Source: Dehalococcoidia bacterium (GTDB taxonomy: Bacteria > Chloroflexota > Dehalococcoidia > Lucifugimonadales > CAZENU01). Taken from it: a stretch of DNA of 64,000 nucleotides. A model generated the notes under the pieces. The model made no database searches, had not been told where the DNA came from, and saw only the letters and a list, made by a program, of their open reading frames with translations. Positions 17,039 through 27,612 of this stretch are shown one piece after another. Position 1 is the first letter of the stretch. Each line of letters opens with the position of its first letter. Position numbers and translations under genes: made by a program. The stretch spans positions 702,003 to 766,002 of the forward strand of contig CBDCQW010000003.1 of the NCBI GenBank assembly GCA_965220785.1. Reading direction: 5' to 3'.

Positions 17039-18211
17039 CTAGACCCGCGCCGCCTCCAGCTCCTCCAGCGTCATCTCGATGCCGAAGCCGGGGGCGTCGC
17101 TGGGGACGAGTCGCCCCTGCTTCGGGGACGCCATGCCGGGGGTCAGACGCCCGCCGTAGACGTTGTCCAGCGACACGCCCGGCGCCGTCGTCGCCGACAG
17201 CTCGCCCCACGGGACGGCCGGCATCGCGTAGCAGACGTGCTGCCCGTACGCGTCGTTCATGCCTCCGTGGGGGATAACCGATATCCCCGCCGCCTCCGCG
17301 ATGTGGCATATCTTCACGATCGCCGTCGCGCCGCCCACCCACTGGATGTCCGGCTGGAAGATGTCCACCGAGTGCCGGGCAGCCGCCGCCATGAACGGCA
17401 CCGTCGTGTACCAGTGCTCGCCCGTCGCCAGCGTCTGCCACGGCAGACGCCGACGCATCTCCTCGAACCCCTGGAAGTCGTCCGGGATCAGGCTGTCCTC
17501 CAGCCACTTCAGGTCGTACTGCCGCAGACGCTCCGCCTGCCGCACAGCGAACTCCAGGTCCAGCGCCATCCAGCAGTCCAGCATCAGCTCGACGGCCGGC
17601 CCGATCGTCTCCCTCGCCTTCGCGACCAGCTCCTCGTTCCGGCGCAGCCCGTCGAGGCCGTCGGCAGGGCCGTAGGGGCACGCCAGCTTCGTGGCCTCGA
17701 ACCCCAGCTCCATGTACCAGTCGGTGTCGTTGCCGGTCGCGTAGCAGAAGATGCTGTCGCGCGCCGGCCCGCCCAGCAGCTCGTAGACGGGCCGCCCCAG
17801 CAGCTTGCCCTTCAGGTCCCAGAGAGCCAGGTCGACCGCGCTGATCGCGTAGCTGGCGAGCCCGGACGACCCGTACGGCGACGCGATGCGGTACATCATG
17901 TCCCACAGCCTCTCGGTCGCCGTGCACTCCTCGTCGACCAGCAGCCGCGCGAAGTGGTCGTTGATCACCGGCGCGACCGGGCCGCTGTGCGTCGTGAAGC
18001 CGAGCCCCCACGTGCCGTCCTCGGCCGTGACGACGCAGGCCAGCGGCGGCCAGCTCGGCGACCACAGCCTGCGGATGCGCTTGTACCGCGGGTACCTCGA
18101 CATCGGGTTCGCCACCTCCGCCGTCTCCGACCAGGCGGGCCGCCGGGCCCTCGGATCGGACGCCGGCTGTGGAAACGAGACCGGAAAGGCGACTATCTCT
18201 TTGATCTTCAT
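17039..18211 (-). CDS. enolase-superfamily dehydratase, L-rhamnonate dehydratase-like
   Basis: Start at MKIKEIVAFPV. Blocks VDLALWDLKGK, MLDCWMA, LKWLED, TGEH and FQPDIQWVGG parallel E. coli RhmD. Confidence 0.8.
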   Translation of the reverse strand: MKIKEIVAFPVSFPQPASDPRARRPAWSETAEVANPMSRYPRYKRIRRLWSPSWPPLACVVTAEDGTWGLGFTTHSGPVAPVINDHFARLLVDEECTATERLWDMMYRIASPYGSSGLASYAISAVDLALWDLKGKLLGRPVYELLGGPARDSIFCYATGNDTDWYMELGFEATKLACPYGPADGLDGLRRNEELVAKARETIGPAVELMLDCWMALDLEFAVRQAERLRQYDLKWLEDSLIPDDFQGFEEMRRRLPWQTLATGEHWYTTVPFMAAAARHSVDIFQPDIQWVGGATAIVKICHIAEAAGISVIPHGGMNDAYGQHVCYAMPAVPWGELSATTAPGVSLDNVYGGRLTPGMASPKQGRLVPSDAPGFGIEMTLEELEAARV

Positions 18212-18449
18212 CGGCGGAGCCTCCCGCGGCCCGCTGACCCGGACCGCACGCCCAAACCGTAGTCGACCGCCGCGGGCGCCGTCAACTACCGCCGGGGGCG
18301 GCACCCCGATCCCCCGCCTCCGTCATTCACGCCGCTGGTCAGGGGTGAGGTCATCGCGAGCACGACCCGTTCGCTCTCAGCAGCGTAAGCCGCGGGCGGG
18401 CCGTGCAGATGGAAGTAACTGGGCGGGCGCCTTGGGCTGTACACTGAGG

Positions 18450-20162
18450 TCAGAACGGGGAGTAGCGGTTGACGATGGGCATGCGCCGGTCGCGGCCGAA
18501 GTTTCGCGGCGTGATCTTGACTCCCGGCGGGGCCTGCCTGCGCTTGTACTCGCTGCGGTCGACAAGGTTGATCGTCCGCTTGACGACGTCGGCGTCGAAC
18601 CCCATGCCGACGATCTCGTCGAACGTCCGGTCCTCCTCCACGTAGGCCTTCAGGATGGGGTCGAGCACCTCGTAGGGTGGCAGGCTGTCCTGATCGGTCT
18701 GGTCGGGCCGCAGCTCGGCGCTCGGGGGCTTGGTCAGCACGGATTCGGGAATCACCTCCCCGTCCAGGCCGTTGCGGTACCGGGCCAGCCGGTAGACGAG
18801 CGTCTTGGGGACGTCCTTGATGACGGCGTAGCCGCCGGCCATGTCACCGTAGATAGTCGCGTAGCCGACCGCCATCTCGCTCTTGTTGCCCGTGGTCAGC
18901 ACCAGCCAGCCGGGCCGGTTCGACAGCGCCATGACCAGCAGCCCGCGGACCCGGGACTGCAGGTTCTCCTGGGCGAGCCCCGGAATCGCGCCGTCGAAGT
19001 GGCCGTCCAACGAGTCCAGGGACGCGCCGAAGACGTCCTCGATCGGGACCTTGCGCAGTGTAATGCCGAGGTTGTCCGCCAGCGCCATCGCGTCCAGCAG
19101 GCTGCCCTCGGACGAGTAGCGCGACGGCATGGAGACGCCGACGACGTTCTCGGCGCCGAGCGCGTCGACCGCGACCGCGGCGACAAGGCTGGAGTCGATG
19201 CCCCCGGACAGCGCGACGAGCGCCTTGCCGTGGCCCGACTTGCGGACGTAGTCCCTCGTGGCCGATACGAGCGCGGCGTAGACCTCGGCCTCGTCGTCGT
19301 ATAGCGTCGGCTCCGCGGGCTCGAGGGGCGGCCTGGGCGACTCCGTGTAGTCGGACACGTGGACAATCGTGGGTTCGCCGGCCGCGTCCGGCGGGGTGGA
19401 GGCCCGGCCGCGGGAGCGGAGCGCGGCCTCGACTTCGAGGTCGACGGTGAGCAGCTCCTCCTCGAACTGTCCGGCGCGGGCCAGCGGCTCGCCGGCGGGG
19501 CCGAAGACGACGCTGGCGCCGTCGAATACCAGCTCGTCCTGCCCGCCTACCATGTTGACGTAGCCGATGAACAGATCGTTGTCGGCCGCCCGCGCGCCGA
19601 TCGTCCTCTCGCGGACGTGGCGCTTGCCCATGTCGTAGGGCGAGCCGTTGATGTTCACGATGACCTCGGCGCCCGCCGCGCGCTGCACCTCGGTGGGGCC
19701 GTCGGGAAACCAGATGTCCTCGCAGACGTTGACGCCGACGGGCGTGCCGGCGACCACGTACACGGGGCAGACGCGGCCTGGCCTGAAGTAGCGCTGCTCG
19801 TCGAAGACGCCGTAGTTGGGTAGCCGTATCTTGCGGTAGACGCCGACCAGCTCGCCGCCGGAGGCCACGGCCGCGGCGTTGTACAGCCCGTCGGCGGACT
19901 CGTCCGCGAACCCGAACACGACGGCGATGCCGCGCGACTCCTCCGCCACCCGCTTCGTCCGTTCGAGGTTGTCGCGAATGAGCTGCGGCTTGAAGAGCAG
20001 GTCTTCAGGCGGGTATCCGGTAATCGCCAGCTCGGGGAAGGCTACGAGGTCGGCGTCGACTGCGCGGGCGCGGTCCACGTACTCGAGTATCTTCGACGTG
20101 TTGCCGTCGAGGTCGCCGACCGTGGGGTTGGTCTGGGCCAGCGCCAAGCGAAGGGTGCGCAT
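18450..20162 (-). CDS. nadE: glutamine-dependent NAD+ synthetase
   Basis: Start at MRTLRLALAQ (nitrilase/CN-hydrolase domain), then the PP-loop LSGGIDSS synthetase domain. The track ORF start at 20615 is an Arg-rich extension. Confidence 0.9.
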   Translation of the reverse strand: MRTLRLALAQTNPTVGDLDGNTSKILEYVDRARAVDADLVAFPELAITGYPPEDLLFKPQLIRDNLERTKRVAEESRGIAVVFGFADESADGLYNAAAVASGGELVGVYRKIRLPNYGVFDEQRYFRPGRVCPVYVVAGTPVGVNVCEDIWFPDGPTEVQRAAGAEVIVNINGSPYDMGKRHVRERTIGARAADNDLFIGYVNMVGGQDELVFDGASVVFGPAGEPLARAGQFEEELLTVDLEVEAALRSRGRASTPPDAAGEPTIVHVSDYTESPRPPLEPAEPTLYDDEAEVYAALVSATRDYVRKSGHGKALVALSGGIDSSLVAAVAVDALGAENVVGVSMPSRYSSEGSLLDAMALADNLGITLRKVPIEDVFGASLDSLDGHFDGAIPGLAQENLQSRVRGLLVMALSNRPGWLVLTTGNKSEMAVGYATIYGDMAGGYAVIKDVPKTLVYRLARYRNGLDGEVIPESVLTKPPSAELRPDQTDQDSLPPYEVLDPILKAYVEEDRTFDEIVGMGFDADVVKRTINLVDRSEYKRRQAPPGVKITPRNFGRDRRMPIVNRYSPF

Positions 20163-20245
20163 CGCGGCGTGGAGCCTACCTCGCAGATTGGGCCGAGTAT
20201 AGCACAGGGCCCCGGCCGCCCCCGATCCGCCGCCGAACGGGACGC

Positions 20246-21412
20246 TTAGCGCCTGGAGGCGACGAAGGCTTCCATACGCTCGAGGGCCTTCTCGATGTTC
20301 TCCGCCGAGTTGGCGAAGGAGAAGCGCACGCAGCCCGCGCCGTACCTGCCGAACGACTCGCCGGCGAGGCAGGCGACGGCCTGCTCCTGCAGCAGCCCGT
20401 CGGCGAACTCGCGGCTGGACATTCCCGTGCCCTCGATGCTGGGGAAGGCGTAGAACGCGCCTTTGGGCATCGGACATCGGATGCCGGGAATCGCGTTCAG
20501 CCCGTCGACGATGAGGTCGCGGCGGCGTTTGAACTCGGCGACGATCTCGTTTGCCGCGTCCTGCGGGCCGTCGATCGCCTCGACCGCGGCCAACTGCGTG
20601 AAGGCGGCGGTGCACGATACGCTGTTCGTGGTCAGGCGCGAGATGGGCTCGACAAGCTCCGTCGGCATCACGCCGAAGCCGATGCGCCAGCCGGTCATCG
20701 CGTAGGTCTTGGAGAAGCCGTCCAGGATGATCGTCCTCTCGCGCATGCCGGGGAACGAGCTGATGCTGTGGTGCTCGCCCTCGTACAGGTACCGGCTGTA
20801 TATCTCGTCGGAGAGCACGACGACGTCGTTCTCCACGGCCATCTCCGCCAGCGCCCCCAGCGTCTCCCGATCGACGATGCTGCCGCAGGGGTTGTTGGGG
20901 GAGTTGACGATCATCAGCTTCGTCTTGGGCGTGATCTGCGCCGCGACCTCGTCGAGGTCTATGTCGAACTCCCTGTCGACCGAGAGGCGCATCGGTGCGG
21001 GCGTTCCGCCGACGAAGTCGATCATCGACTCGTAGATCGGGAATCCGGGGTTGGGGTAGAGCACCTCGTCGCCCTCGTCGACGAGGGCGAGGATGGCGAA
21101 GAACATGATCGGCTTCGCGCCGGGGGTTATGACCACGTTGTCGCCCGCGACCGAGATGCCACGGGTGTCCGATATCTCCTGGGCGATGCGGTCGCGCACC
21201 TCCGTCAGTCCGGGCGACGGGCCGTAGTGGGTGTGGCCGCCTTGGAGAGCATCGACGCCGGCCTGCACGATGTTCGCCGGCGTATCGAAGTCGGGCTCAC
21301 CGATCTCGAGGTGGATGACGTCCCGTCCCTCGCGCTCCAGCAGCCTCGCCCTGGCGAGCACCTCGAACGCGGTCTCGGTGCCCAGTCTGTTCATCCGCTC
21401 CGCCAGCCTCAT
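20246..21412 (-). CDS. class I/II pyridoxal-phosphate aminotransferase (aspartate aminotransferase-like)
   Basis: Start at MRLAERMNRLGTETAFEV. Contains NSPNNPCG and SFSKTYAMTGWR (PLP lysine). Confidence 0.85.
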   Translation of the reverse strand: MRLAERMNRLGTETAFEVLARARLLEREGRDVIHLEIGEPDFDTPANIVQAGVDALQGGHTHYGPSPGLTEVRDRIAQEISDTRGISVAGDNVVITPGAKPIMFFAILALVDEGDEVLYPNPGFPIYESMIDFVGGTPAPMRLSVDREFDIDLDEVAAQITPKTKLMIVNSPNNPCGSIVDRETLGALAEMAVENDVVVLSDEIYSRYLYEGEHHSISSFPGMRERTIILDGFSKTYAMTGWRIGFGVMPTELVEPISRLTTNSVSCTAAFTQLAAVEAIDGPQDAANEIVAEFKRRRDLIVDGLNAIPGIRCPMPKGAFYAFPSIEGTGMSSREFADGLLQEQAVACLAGESFGRYGAGCVRFSFANSAENIEKALERMEAFVASRR

Positions 21413-21656
21413 TCTCGCTCTCCGTACGGTCGTATCCGACAAGTATACACATACCGACCGGCTCCAACGACGCAGGTCTTCTTGCGGTGTAACGGGGGAT
21501 GCAGCCGATTCCGAGAAATTGTCTTCAAAGCTGAGCACGACTTGGGGTCGACATCGCGGGGGGCTTGCCTCCCAGGGGACGCTGACACGAGGACGGGATT
21601 GTCCAGGGACGTCCTCCGTGATATAGTTCCGCGCTGAGTGAAGTAGGCTTCATGAC

Positions 21657-22034
21657 TTGGGGTATGCCATGATGGCCGGTTCACTGGGCCTCGTCGGTCC
21701 GGTCTCAGGGGTACTCGCAACGCGGGAGAGTCCGGTGGCGGCACAAGCGAAGTATTGCGAATGGTGCGAAGGCTGGCCGTGCGAACGGCTCTACCTGCAC
21801 AACCTCCGGCAGTACTGGAAAGAGCACATAGTCCACGTGCTGGTAGGCGCGATCGCCGGCGCGCTACTCACGTCGGACTACCCCTGGGCCGGCATCGCGA
21901 TCATGGGTACGGTCTGGGTGCGGCAAGGTCTCGAGTTCCAGAAGCGCAAGGATACGCCGGGCATCGACCTCGCCTATCACCTGGGCGGCCTCGTGGCGGG
22001 GACCATCCTGTCGATCGGTATCGCATCTAGCTGA
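21657..22034 (+). CDS. hypothetical small membrane protein
   Basis: 125-aa ORF with two or three hydrophobic segments. Start uncertain. Confidence 0.45.
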   Translation: MGYAMMAGSLGLVGPVSGVLATRESPVAAQAKYCEWCEGWPCERLYLHNLRQYWKEHIVHVLVGAIAGALLTSDYPWAGIAIMGTVWVRQGLEFQKRKDTPGIDLAYHLGGLVAGTILSIGIASS

Positions 22035-22080
22035 GGCGGCGTGTAAGCAGCACGAGCCGGTTGGCCTCGCCGGCAGAGCG

Positions 22081-22785
22081 ATGGAAGTACGCGTTGACAG
22101 CCTGTTGGAGGGCGCCGCCCGGACGGAGGGGACGGCGGTAATCGTCGACGTGTACCGGGCTTTCACGACTGCCGCGGTCGCGTTCTCCAGGGGCGCGGAA
22201 CGGATTATCCTCGTTCCGGAGATCGAGGAGGCGCTTGCCCTTCGCGACAGCGGCGCGGGCGAGCTGTGCATCGGCGAGGTCGGGGGCGTCAAGCCCGACG
22301 GCTTCGACTTCGGCAACTCGCCGTACGAGCTCTCCCTGGCCGACGTGAGGGGCAGGACGCTGATCCAGTCGACGCGGGCCGGCACGGTCGGCGTCTCCCT
22401 GGCGCGCGGCGCCGATCGGGTCTACGCGGGCTCGCTGGCCATAGCGTCGGCGACGGCCGCGGCGGTGCTGGATGATCGGCCACGGCTGGTCACGATCGTC
22501 GCGATGGGGTGGGAGGGCAGGACGCGCACCGACGAGGACGAGCTGTGCGCCCTGTACTTAAAGAACCTGCTGGAGGGCCGCAGGCCGGACCGAGAAGCCG
22601 TCGCCGCCCTGGTACGCGCCGGGGAGCACTCGCAGAAGTTCGACGATCCCAACCAGCCGCATTTCCACCCGATGGACCGCGAGATCGCGCTGGCCGTCGA
22701 CAGCATCGGGCTGGCCATCCGCGTCGAGCGCGAAGACGGGCTGCTGGTCGCGACCGCCGAGGCCGGGCGCGCGCGGTTCCGGTGA
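22081..22785 (+). CDS. 2-phosphosulfolactate phosphatase (ComB) family protein
   Basis: AVIVDVYRAFTTAAVAF and overall length are typical of the ComB family. Confidence 0.75.
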   Translation: MEVRVDSLLEGAARTEGTAVIVDVYRAFTTAAVAFSRGAERIILVPEIEEALALRDSGAGELCIGEVGGVKPDGFDFGNSPYELSLADVRGRTLIQSTRAGTVGVSLARGADRVYAGSLAIASATAAAVLDDRPRLVTIVAMGWEGRTRTDEDELCALYLKNLLEGRRPDREAVAALVRAGEHSQKFDDPNQPHFHPMDREIALAVDSIGLAIRVEREDGLLVATAEAGRARFR

Positions 22786-22815
22786 GTTCGTGGGCGGCTC
22801 TTCCCCCTTGCGAAG

Positions 22816-25629
22816 TTGGGTAGGGCTCCCAATAGACGAGGCCGACTCGTGGCGGCCCTCATTCTCGGCTTGATTGTCGCCCCGCCCGCGGGCGGGGACT
22901 GGCCCGGTCTCGCCGCGTTGGACAATGGGACCGTCCAGATCCAGGACGGGGCGGGTAACGTACCCGACAACCTGACGCCCGGCGACAATATCGTGGTCTT
23001 CATCCAGGACGCCAGTTTGGGCGGCTCCAGCACGGGCGAAGCCACATGGACGAGTATCCCTGAGGAGGTGCCCGGCGACGGCGACGATTGGTGGAGCGTG
23101 GCCACCGGGGAGCTCTTCCCGTCGATCTACACGTTGTCGGCAAGTGGCTACGACACCTCCACGCCCGAAAACACCCCGCTGACCGGGCGTCCTACGGCCG
23201 AAGTCGATGGGGTCGACACCGTCCTATCGGACTGGTATGTGGAAACCGGGGAATTCATACCGCTCTATGACATCAACGCGAGCAGTACGCTGGTTGTGAG
23301 GTTCACCTTCGACGGAGTCGACTTCCACTCAGTCTCGGACCAAGTGCTCAGGGTGACGAGCACGTCCGACCCGGACGGCGAGTGGGTCGCCGTGTCCGAG
23401 GTCGCCAGCGAGACGGACTCGAGTCCGAGTGTTACCTCCGGCCTCTTCCGCGGCGAGGTGGCTCTCAGCGGCGACGCCTCTTTCTCCGGGTTGGGCGACG
23501 GCAAAGTCTGGGTGAAAGGCGGCGACGAGGTGACCGCCGCGTACCACAAGCCCGGCGGAGCTCAGGTCCGCACCCACCGGCTGCAAGTCGTTTCCGCGCC
23601 GATGCCGATGCCCACGCACACGGCCACGCCTACGCCGACGCCCACAGCTACGCCGACGCCCACGCCCACCGCCACGCCGACGCCAACGCACACGGCCACG
23701 CCTACGCCGACGCCCACAGCCACGCCGACGCCGACGCCCACAGCCACGCCTGCGCCTGCGCCCACAGCCACGGCTACGCCCACCGCCACGCCGACGCCGA
23801 CGCACACGGCCACGCCTACACCCACGCCCACAGCTACGCCGACGCCCACGCCCACCGCCACGCCGACGCCTACGCCTGCGCCCACAGCCACGCCTACGCT
23901 TGCGCCTACAGCCACGCCTGCGCCTGCGCCCACAGCCACGCCTACGCCGACGCCCACAGCCACGCCTACGCCGACGCCCACAGCCACGCCTACGCCAACG
24001 CACACGGCCACGCCTGCGCCTGCGCCCACAGCCACGCCTACGCCGACGCCCACAGCCACGCCGACGCCGACGCACACGGCCACGCCTACGCCGACGCCCA
24101 CAGCCACGCCTACGCCGACGCCCACAGCCACGCCTGCGCCTGCGCCCACAGCCACGCCGACGCACACAGCCACGCCCACCGCCACGCCTACGCCCACAGC
24201 CACGCCTGCGCCTGCGCCCACAGCCACGCCGACGCCCACAGCCACGCCGACGCCCACCGCCACGCCCATCGCCACGCCTACGCCCACCGCCACGCCGACG
24301 CCGACGCACACGGCCACGCCTACGCCGACGCCCACGCCCACCGCCACGCCTACGCCTGCGCCCACAGCCACGCCTACGGCGACGCACACCGCCACGCCCA
24401 CCGCCACGCCGACGCCCACGCCCATAGCCACGCCTACGCCCACGCCCACGGCCACACCTACGCCCACCGCCACGCCTACGCCCACGCCGGGCGGGTTGGC
24501 TCATGGGAGCGTCCAGGTCCAGGACGGGGCGGGTAACGTACCCGACAGCCTGCAGTCCGGCGACATACTGGTCGTCCTCATCCGGGACACCGATCTTCAC
24601 GGCTCCAGCACGGGCGAAGCCACATGGACGAATATCCCCGAGCAGGTGCAGGCCTTCGACGTGTGGAACCTGGTCACCGGATCGCCGCACCCGTCGGTCC
24701 ATACGTTGTCGGCGAGCGGCTACGATACTGCCGCCCCAGAAAACACCCCGCTGCTAACGGTTATGGCCGAGGTCAACGGGGTGCCGAACATCGTCTCGGA
24801 CTTCGACTTCGATCCGGGGTACTTCGAGTTGCCCTACGACGTGAACGCGGCGAGCGCCTTGGTGGTGACGTTCACCTTCGACGGTGTCGACTCGTTCTCA
24901 TCCTCGGACCGGGTGGCCAGAGTGACGAGCACCTCCGACCCGGACGGCGAGTGGGTCGCCGTCTCCGAGGTCGCCAGCGAGACGGACTCGAGTCCGAGTG
25001 TTACCTCCGGCCTCTTCCGCGGCGAGGTGGCTCTCAGCAGCGGCGCTTCTTTCTCGGGATTGGGCGACGGCAAGGTCTGGGTAGAAGGCGGCGACGACGT
25101 GACCGCCACGTATTATGAGCCCGGAGGCACTCAGGTCATCGACAGCCACTGGTTGCGGGCCATCATATCCACGCCCACGCCACCTCCCACGCCCACAGCC
25201 ACGCCCACGCCCACAGCCACGCCTACGCACACAGCCACGCCCACGCCCACAGCCACGCCCACGCCCACAGCCACGCCCACGCCCACAGCCACGCCTACGC
25301 CAACCCCCACGCCCACAGCCACGCCCACAGCCACGCCCACGCCCACAGCCACCCCCACGCAGACAGCCACGCCTACGCAGACAGCCACGCCTACGCACAC
25401 AGCCACGCCTACGCACACAGCCACGCCTACGCCCACAGCCACGCCCACGCCCACAGCCACGCCCACGCCCACAGCCACGCCTACGCCAACCCCCACGCTT
25501 ACGCCAATCCCCACGCCGGCGCTCCCCATCCCAGCCGCTCACTCCGCAGGGCTGTTCGCCATGGGGCTCCTGTTCGTCGCGGCGGTCTCGTGGCGATTGC
25601 GCCGGTCAGATGGCGCGGTGCGGGGATAG
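22816..25629 (+). CDS. secreted or surface repeat protein: two about 230-aa homologous domains, each followed by a long Thr-Pro(-Ala) linker, with a C-terminal hydrophobic anchor
   Basis: Signal-like N-terminus. The domain [15 protein letters not shown]...[12 protein letters not shown]...[39 protein letters not shown] is repeated from about 24486. The C-terminus is [22 protein letters not shown]. Confidence 0.8.
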   Translation: MGRAPNRRGRLVAALILGLIVAPPAGGDWPGLAALDNGTVQIQDGAGNVPDNLTPGDNIVVFIQDASLGGSSTGEATWTSIPEEVPGDGDDWWSVATGELFPSIYTLSASGYDTSTPENTPLTGRPTAEVDGVDTVLSDWYVETGEFIPLYDINASSTLVVRFTFDGVDFHSVSDQVLRVTSTSDPDGEWVAVSEVASETDSSPSVTSGLFRGEVALSGDASFSGLGDGKVWVKGGDEVTAAYHKPGGAQVRTHRLQVVSAPMPMPTHTATPTPTPTATPTPTPTATPTPTHTATPTPTPTATPTPTPTATPAPAPTATATPTATPTPTHTATPTPTPTATPTPTPTATPTPTPAPTATPTLAPTATPAPAPTATPTPTPTATPTPTPTATPTPTHTATPAPAPTATPTPTPTATPTPTHTATPTPTPTATPTPTPTATPAPAPTATPTHTATPTATPTPTATPAPAPTATPTPTATPTPTATPIATPTPTATPTPTHTATPTPTPTPTATPTPAPTATPTATHTATPTATPTPTPIATPTPTPTATPTPTATPTPTPGGLAHGSVQVQDGAGNVPDSLQSGDILVVLIRDTDLHGSSTGEATWTNIPEQVQAFDVWNLVTGSPHPSVHTLSASGYDTAAPENTPLLTVMAEVNGVPNIVSDFDFDPGYFELPYDVNAASALVVTFTFDGVDSFSSSDRVARVTSTSDPDGEWVAVSEVASETDSSPSVTSGLFRGEVALSSGASFSGLGDGKVWVEGGDDVTATYYEPGGTQVIDSHWLRAIISTPTPPPTPTATPTPTATPTHTATPTPTATPTPTATPTPTATPTPTPTPTATPTATPTPTATPTQTATPTQTATPTHTATPTHTATPTPTATPTPTATPTPTATPTPTPTLTPIPTPALPIPAAHSAGLFAMGLLFVAAVSWRLRRSDGAVRG
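23590..24485 (+). repeat. coding low-complexity tandem repeat (TPTPTATP units, about 300 codons)
   Basis: Iterated ACGCC(C/T)AC(A/G)(C/G)C(C/T)ACGCC motifs. Confidence 0.95.
25168..25505 (+). repeat. second coding Thr-Pro tandem repeat (about 110 codons)
   Basis: Same repeat type as 23590-24485. Confidence 0.95.
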
Positions 25630-25662
25630 GACTCACGCCCTGTCCGGTCGGCCCGCGTCCGG

Positions 25663-27603
25663 TCAGCGGCGCCGGCCGCCGTCCATGAGCTCCGCGATCC
25701 GCTGCCGGCTGATGACCGCGGCAAGCACGACGGCGGCAGCCACGGCGAGGACCAGGCTCACGGTCGCAACCCCCGAGGCGAGCCTGTCCGAGACGGACTC
25801 GATCACGTCGAACGTCTGGCCGGCCACGAGCCGGCCGGTGTCGGCGTAGTCGTCGGCAGGGTCGATATCGCCGATGGCCTGCCAGCGGGCCTCGTCGATC
25901 AGGGGCGAGGCGACGGCCGGATAGACCAGACCGGACAGCACGGCGACCGCGGCGGCGCATACGATGAGGGCCGCGGCCCCCCAGACGACCCGCCCCCACC
26001 AGTCGCGTCCGCCCAGGAGCCCGACGCCCGCCAGCAGCAGCAGGGCCGGCAGGAAGAGGAGCCACCGGTACGTCCTGGCCGCCGCGACCGCGGTCCGGGC
26101 GCGGTCTATGTCGGCCATCGCCTCGGCGCCGTCGCTCTCGATCACGTCCTCGGTGAAGTCGGCGGTCGTGTAGGTCCAGCCGTCGGCGAGCGCCGCCCGC
26201 GCTTCCTGCAGCGCGTCGTAGACGCCTTCGTTGCCCCTCCCGGTCAGGTCCTCCCGCAGGTCGTCCTGCGTGTATGTCCAGCCGTCCCTCATGAGCGATC
26301 TGATTTCGTCCAGCCGCTCGACGCTGTCCCCGGCCCCAGCCTCCTCGAAGGCGTCTCGGAGCCGCTCATGTGAGAAGGAGACCGAATCCGGGACCTGGTC
26401 CAGGACCAGCCGCGTCACCTCCGCGCCGAGGTCTATCCCCAACTCGTCGAGGAGCTCGCTATGGGTGCGGCTCGGAGGTATGCATGTGGGCAGCTTCGGT
26501 GTGCCGCTCAGGAGCGGAGACAGTGCCTGTTCCGGCGTCCGGCAGACCGGCAACCGGTCGATCCGCGCCTGTATCTTTCTCTCGACAAACCGGGTCAAGG
26601 GCCCATGCGCGAGGCGCTTGTTCTCGGCGAGAGACACCTCGAAGTCGAAGCCTTCGGCCCGCCCCGCGATGTATGGAGTCGCCTCGTCTATCAGGCGCTC
26701 GACCTGGACGCGGACCCATGACGGCGGGGCGGCGTCGCGCAGGGCCGAGACCACCTCGGCCGACGATACAGTCTCGCCGAAAGGAAGCCCATCGATCGTG
26801 TCGCCCAGTTCCTTCAACATCTTCGGCGCTATGACCTCGTCGTACAGCAGGTCGTAGGCCGGGCTCTCGGCGAGGATGTCCTTGACCTCGGCCGCAGCGA
26901 TATCGACGCGATCGGCGAGAGGGACGCTGATGACGAACTCGTCGGTATCGCCCTTCACGTAGGGAGCTACCTCGTCGAACATGCGCTGTCCTTGCTCCCG
27001 CGCCCACTCCGGAGGCAGCACGGCGCGGGCGGCTTCGGCGATGCGCTCGTCCGAGACCTGGACGCCGCCCGGGAGTCCTTCGCGCGCCCAGCCGGCGGCG
27101 GCCTCTTCGATTCGCGGGATGAGCACCAGCTCGTGGAGGATCGCGTAGCCGTCCGACTCGTCGAGCAGGGCTCTGATCTCGGCGATCAGGTCGTCCGCGC
27201 GCTCGTCTGTCGCGACGACGAGGGTGAAGTCGTCGCTCCGCCCGGTGACGTAGCCGCCGAGCTCGTCCAGGTTGCGCTCAACGGCGTCCTGCAGCCAGTC
27301 GGGCGGGACGGCGCGGTTGAGGGCGGCGACTATCCGGTCGGTCGTGAGGCCGGAGTCCAGCAGGGGCGTGTCCTCGACCTTGTCGCCCGCCTTCGCTTCC
27401 TCCACGGCCCGCCGGTCCTCGAGGACCGACGTCGGCAGGTCCGCGAGCGCGAACTCGTATACGTCGTTCTCGTCGAGCAGCGAGGCGTAGGACTGTGGGT
27501 CCAGGAAAAAGCCGCTTACCTGCCAGACGACCAACGTCGTCAGCAGCACGAAGAAGAAGACCGCGGCCACGACCAGGGACAGCGCGCGCGTGATCCAGAT
27601 CAT
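25663..27603 (-). CDS. hypothetical integral membrane protein with a large extracytoplasmic region
   Basis: 646 aa with an N-terminal TM helix (LSLVVAAVFFFVLLTTLVVW) and C-terminal TM helices. No family recognised. Confidence 0.65.
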   Translation of the reverse strand: MIWITRALSLVVAAVFFFVLLTTLVVWQVSGFFLDPQSYASLLDENDVYEFALADLPTSVLEDRRAVEEAKAGDKVEDTPLLDSGLTTDRIVAALNRAVPPDWLQDAVERNLDELGGYVTGRSDDFTLVVATDERADDLIAEIRALLDESDGYAILHELVLIPRIEEAAAGWAREGLPGGVQVSDERIAEAARAVLPPEWAREQGQRMFDEVAPYVKGDTDEFVISVPLADRVDIAAAEVKDILAESPAYDLLYDEVIAPKMLKELGDTIDGLPFGETVSSAEVVSALRDAAPPSWVRVQVERLIDEATPYIAGRAEGFDFEVSLAENKRLAHGPLTRFVERKIQARIDRLPVCRTPEQALSPLLSGTPKLPTCIPPSRTHSELLDELGIDLGAEVTRLVLDQVPDSVSFSHERLRDAFEEAGAGDSVERLDEIRSLMRDGWTYTQDDLREDLTGRGNEGVYDALQEARAALADGWTYTTADFTEDVIESDGAEAMADIDRARTAVAAARTYRWLLFLPALLLLAGVGLLGGRDWWGRVVWGAAALIVCAAAVAVLSGLVYPAVASPLIDEARWQAIGDIDPADDYADTGRLVAGQTFDVIESVSDRLASGVATVSLVLAVAAAVVLAAVISRQRIAELMDGGRRR

Positions 27604-27612
27604 AGGGCCAGT

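Noticed and set aside
16953-18304. Alternative-frame ORFs over the enolase-family gene (16953-18065 minus, 17237-18262 plus) and the N-terminal extension to 18304
   Set aside because: Shadow ORFs. The true start MKIKEIVAFPV at 18211 aligns with the family N-terminus.
18450-20615. N-terminal 151-codon extension of the nadE ORF, and the 472-aa plus-strand ORF 17886-19304
   Set aside because: The extension is Arg-rich and overlaps the aminotransferase gene 3' end. Homology starts at MRTLRLALAQ (20162).
23590-24485. Regular short repeats that might be a CRISPR array
   Set aside because: There is no alternation of fixed repeats with unique spacers, and the period is irregular (12-24 nt units). 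The region lies in frame inside a long CDS, and there are no cas genes.
23329-24702. Long Arg/Gly-, His/Ala- and Val/Gly-rich ORFs (23329-24702 minus, 23382-24536 plus, 23562-24485 minus, 23900-24427 plus, and the analogous set at 24898-25849)
   Set aside because: They are alternative-frame and antisense readings of the Thr-Pro repeat DNA. Their extreme low-complexity composition mirrors the repeat. The sense frame joins two well-formed domains.
25499-27603. Multiple Arg-rich ORFs overlapping the 646-aa membrane protein gene (for example 25499-26065, 26459-27007, 26992-28254, 27278-28135)
   Set aside because: High-G+C shadow ORFs. The chosen frame has clear transmembrane helices at both ends and normal composition.
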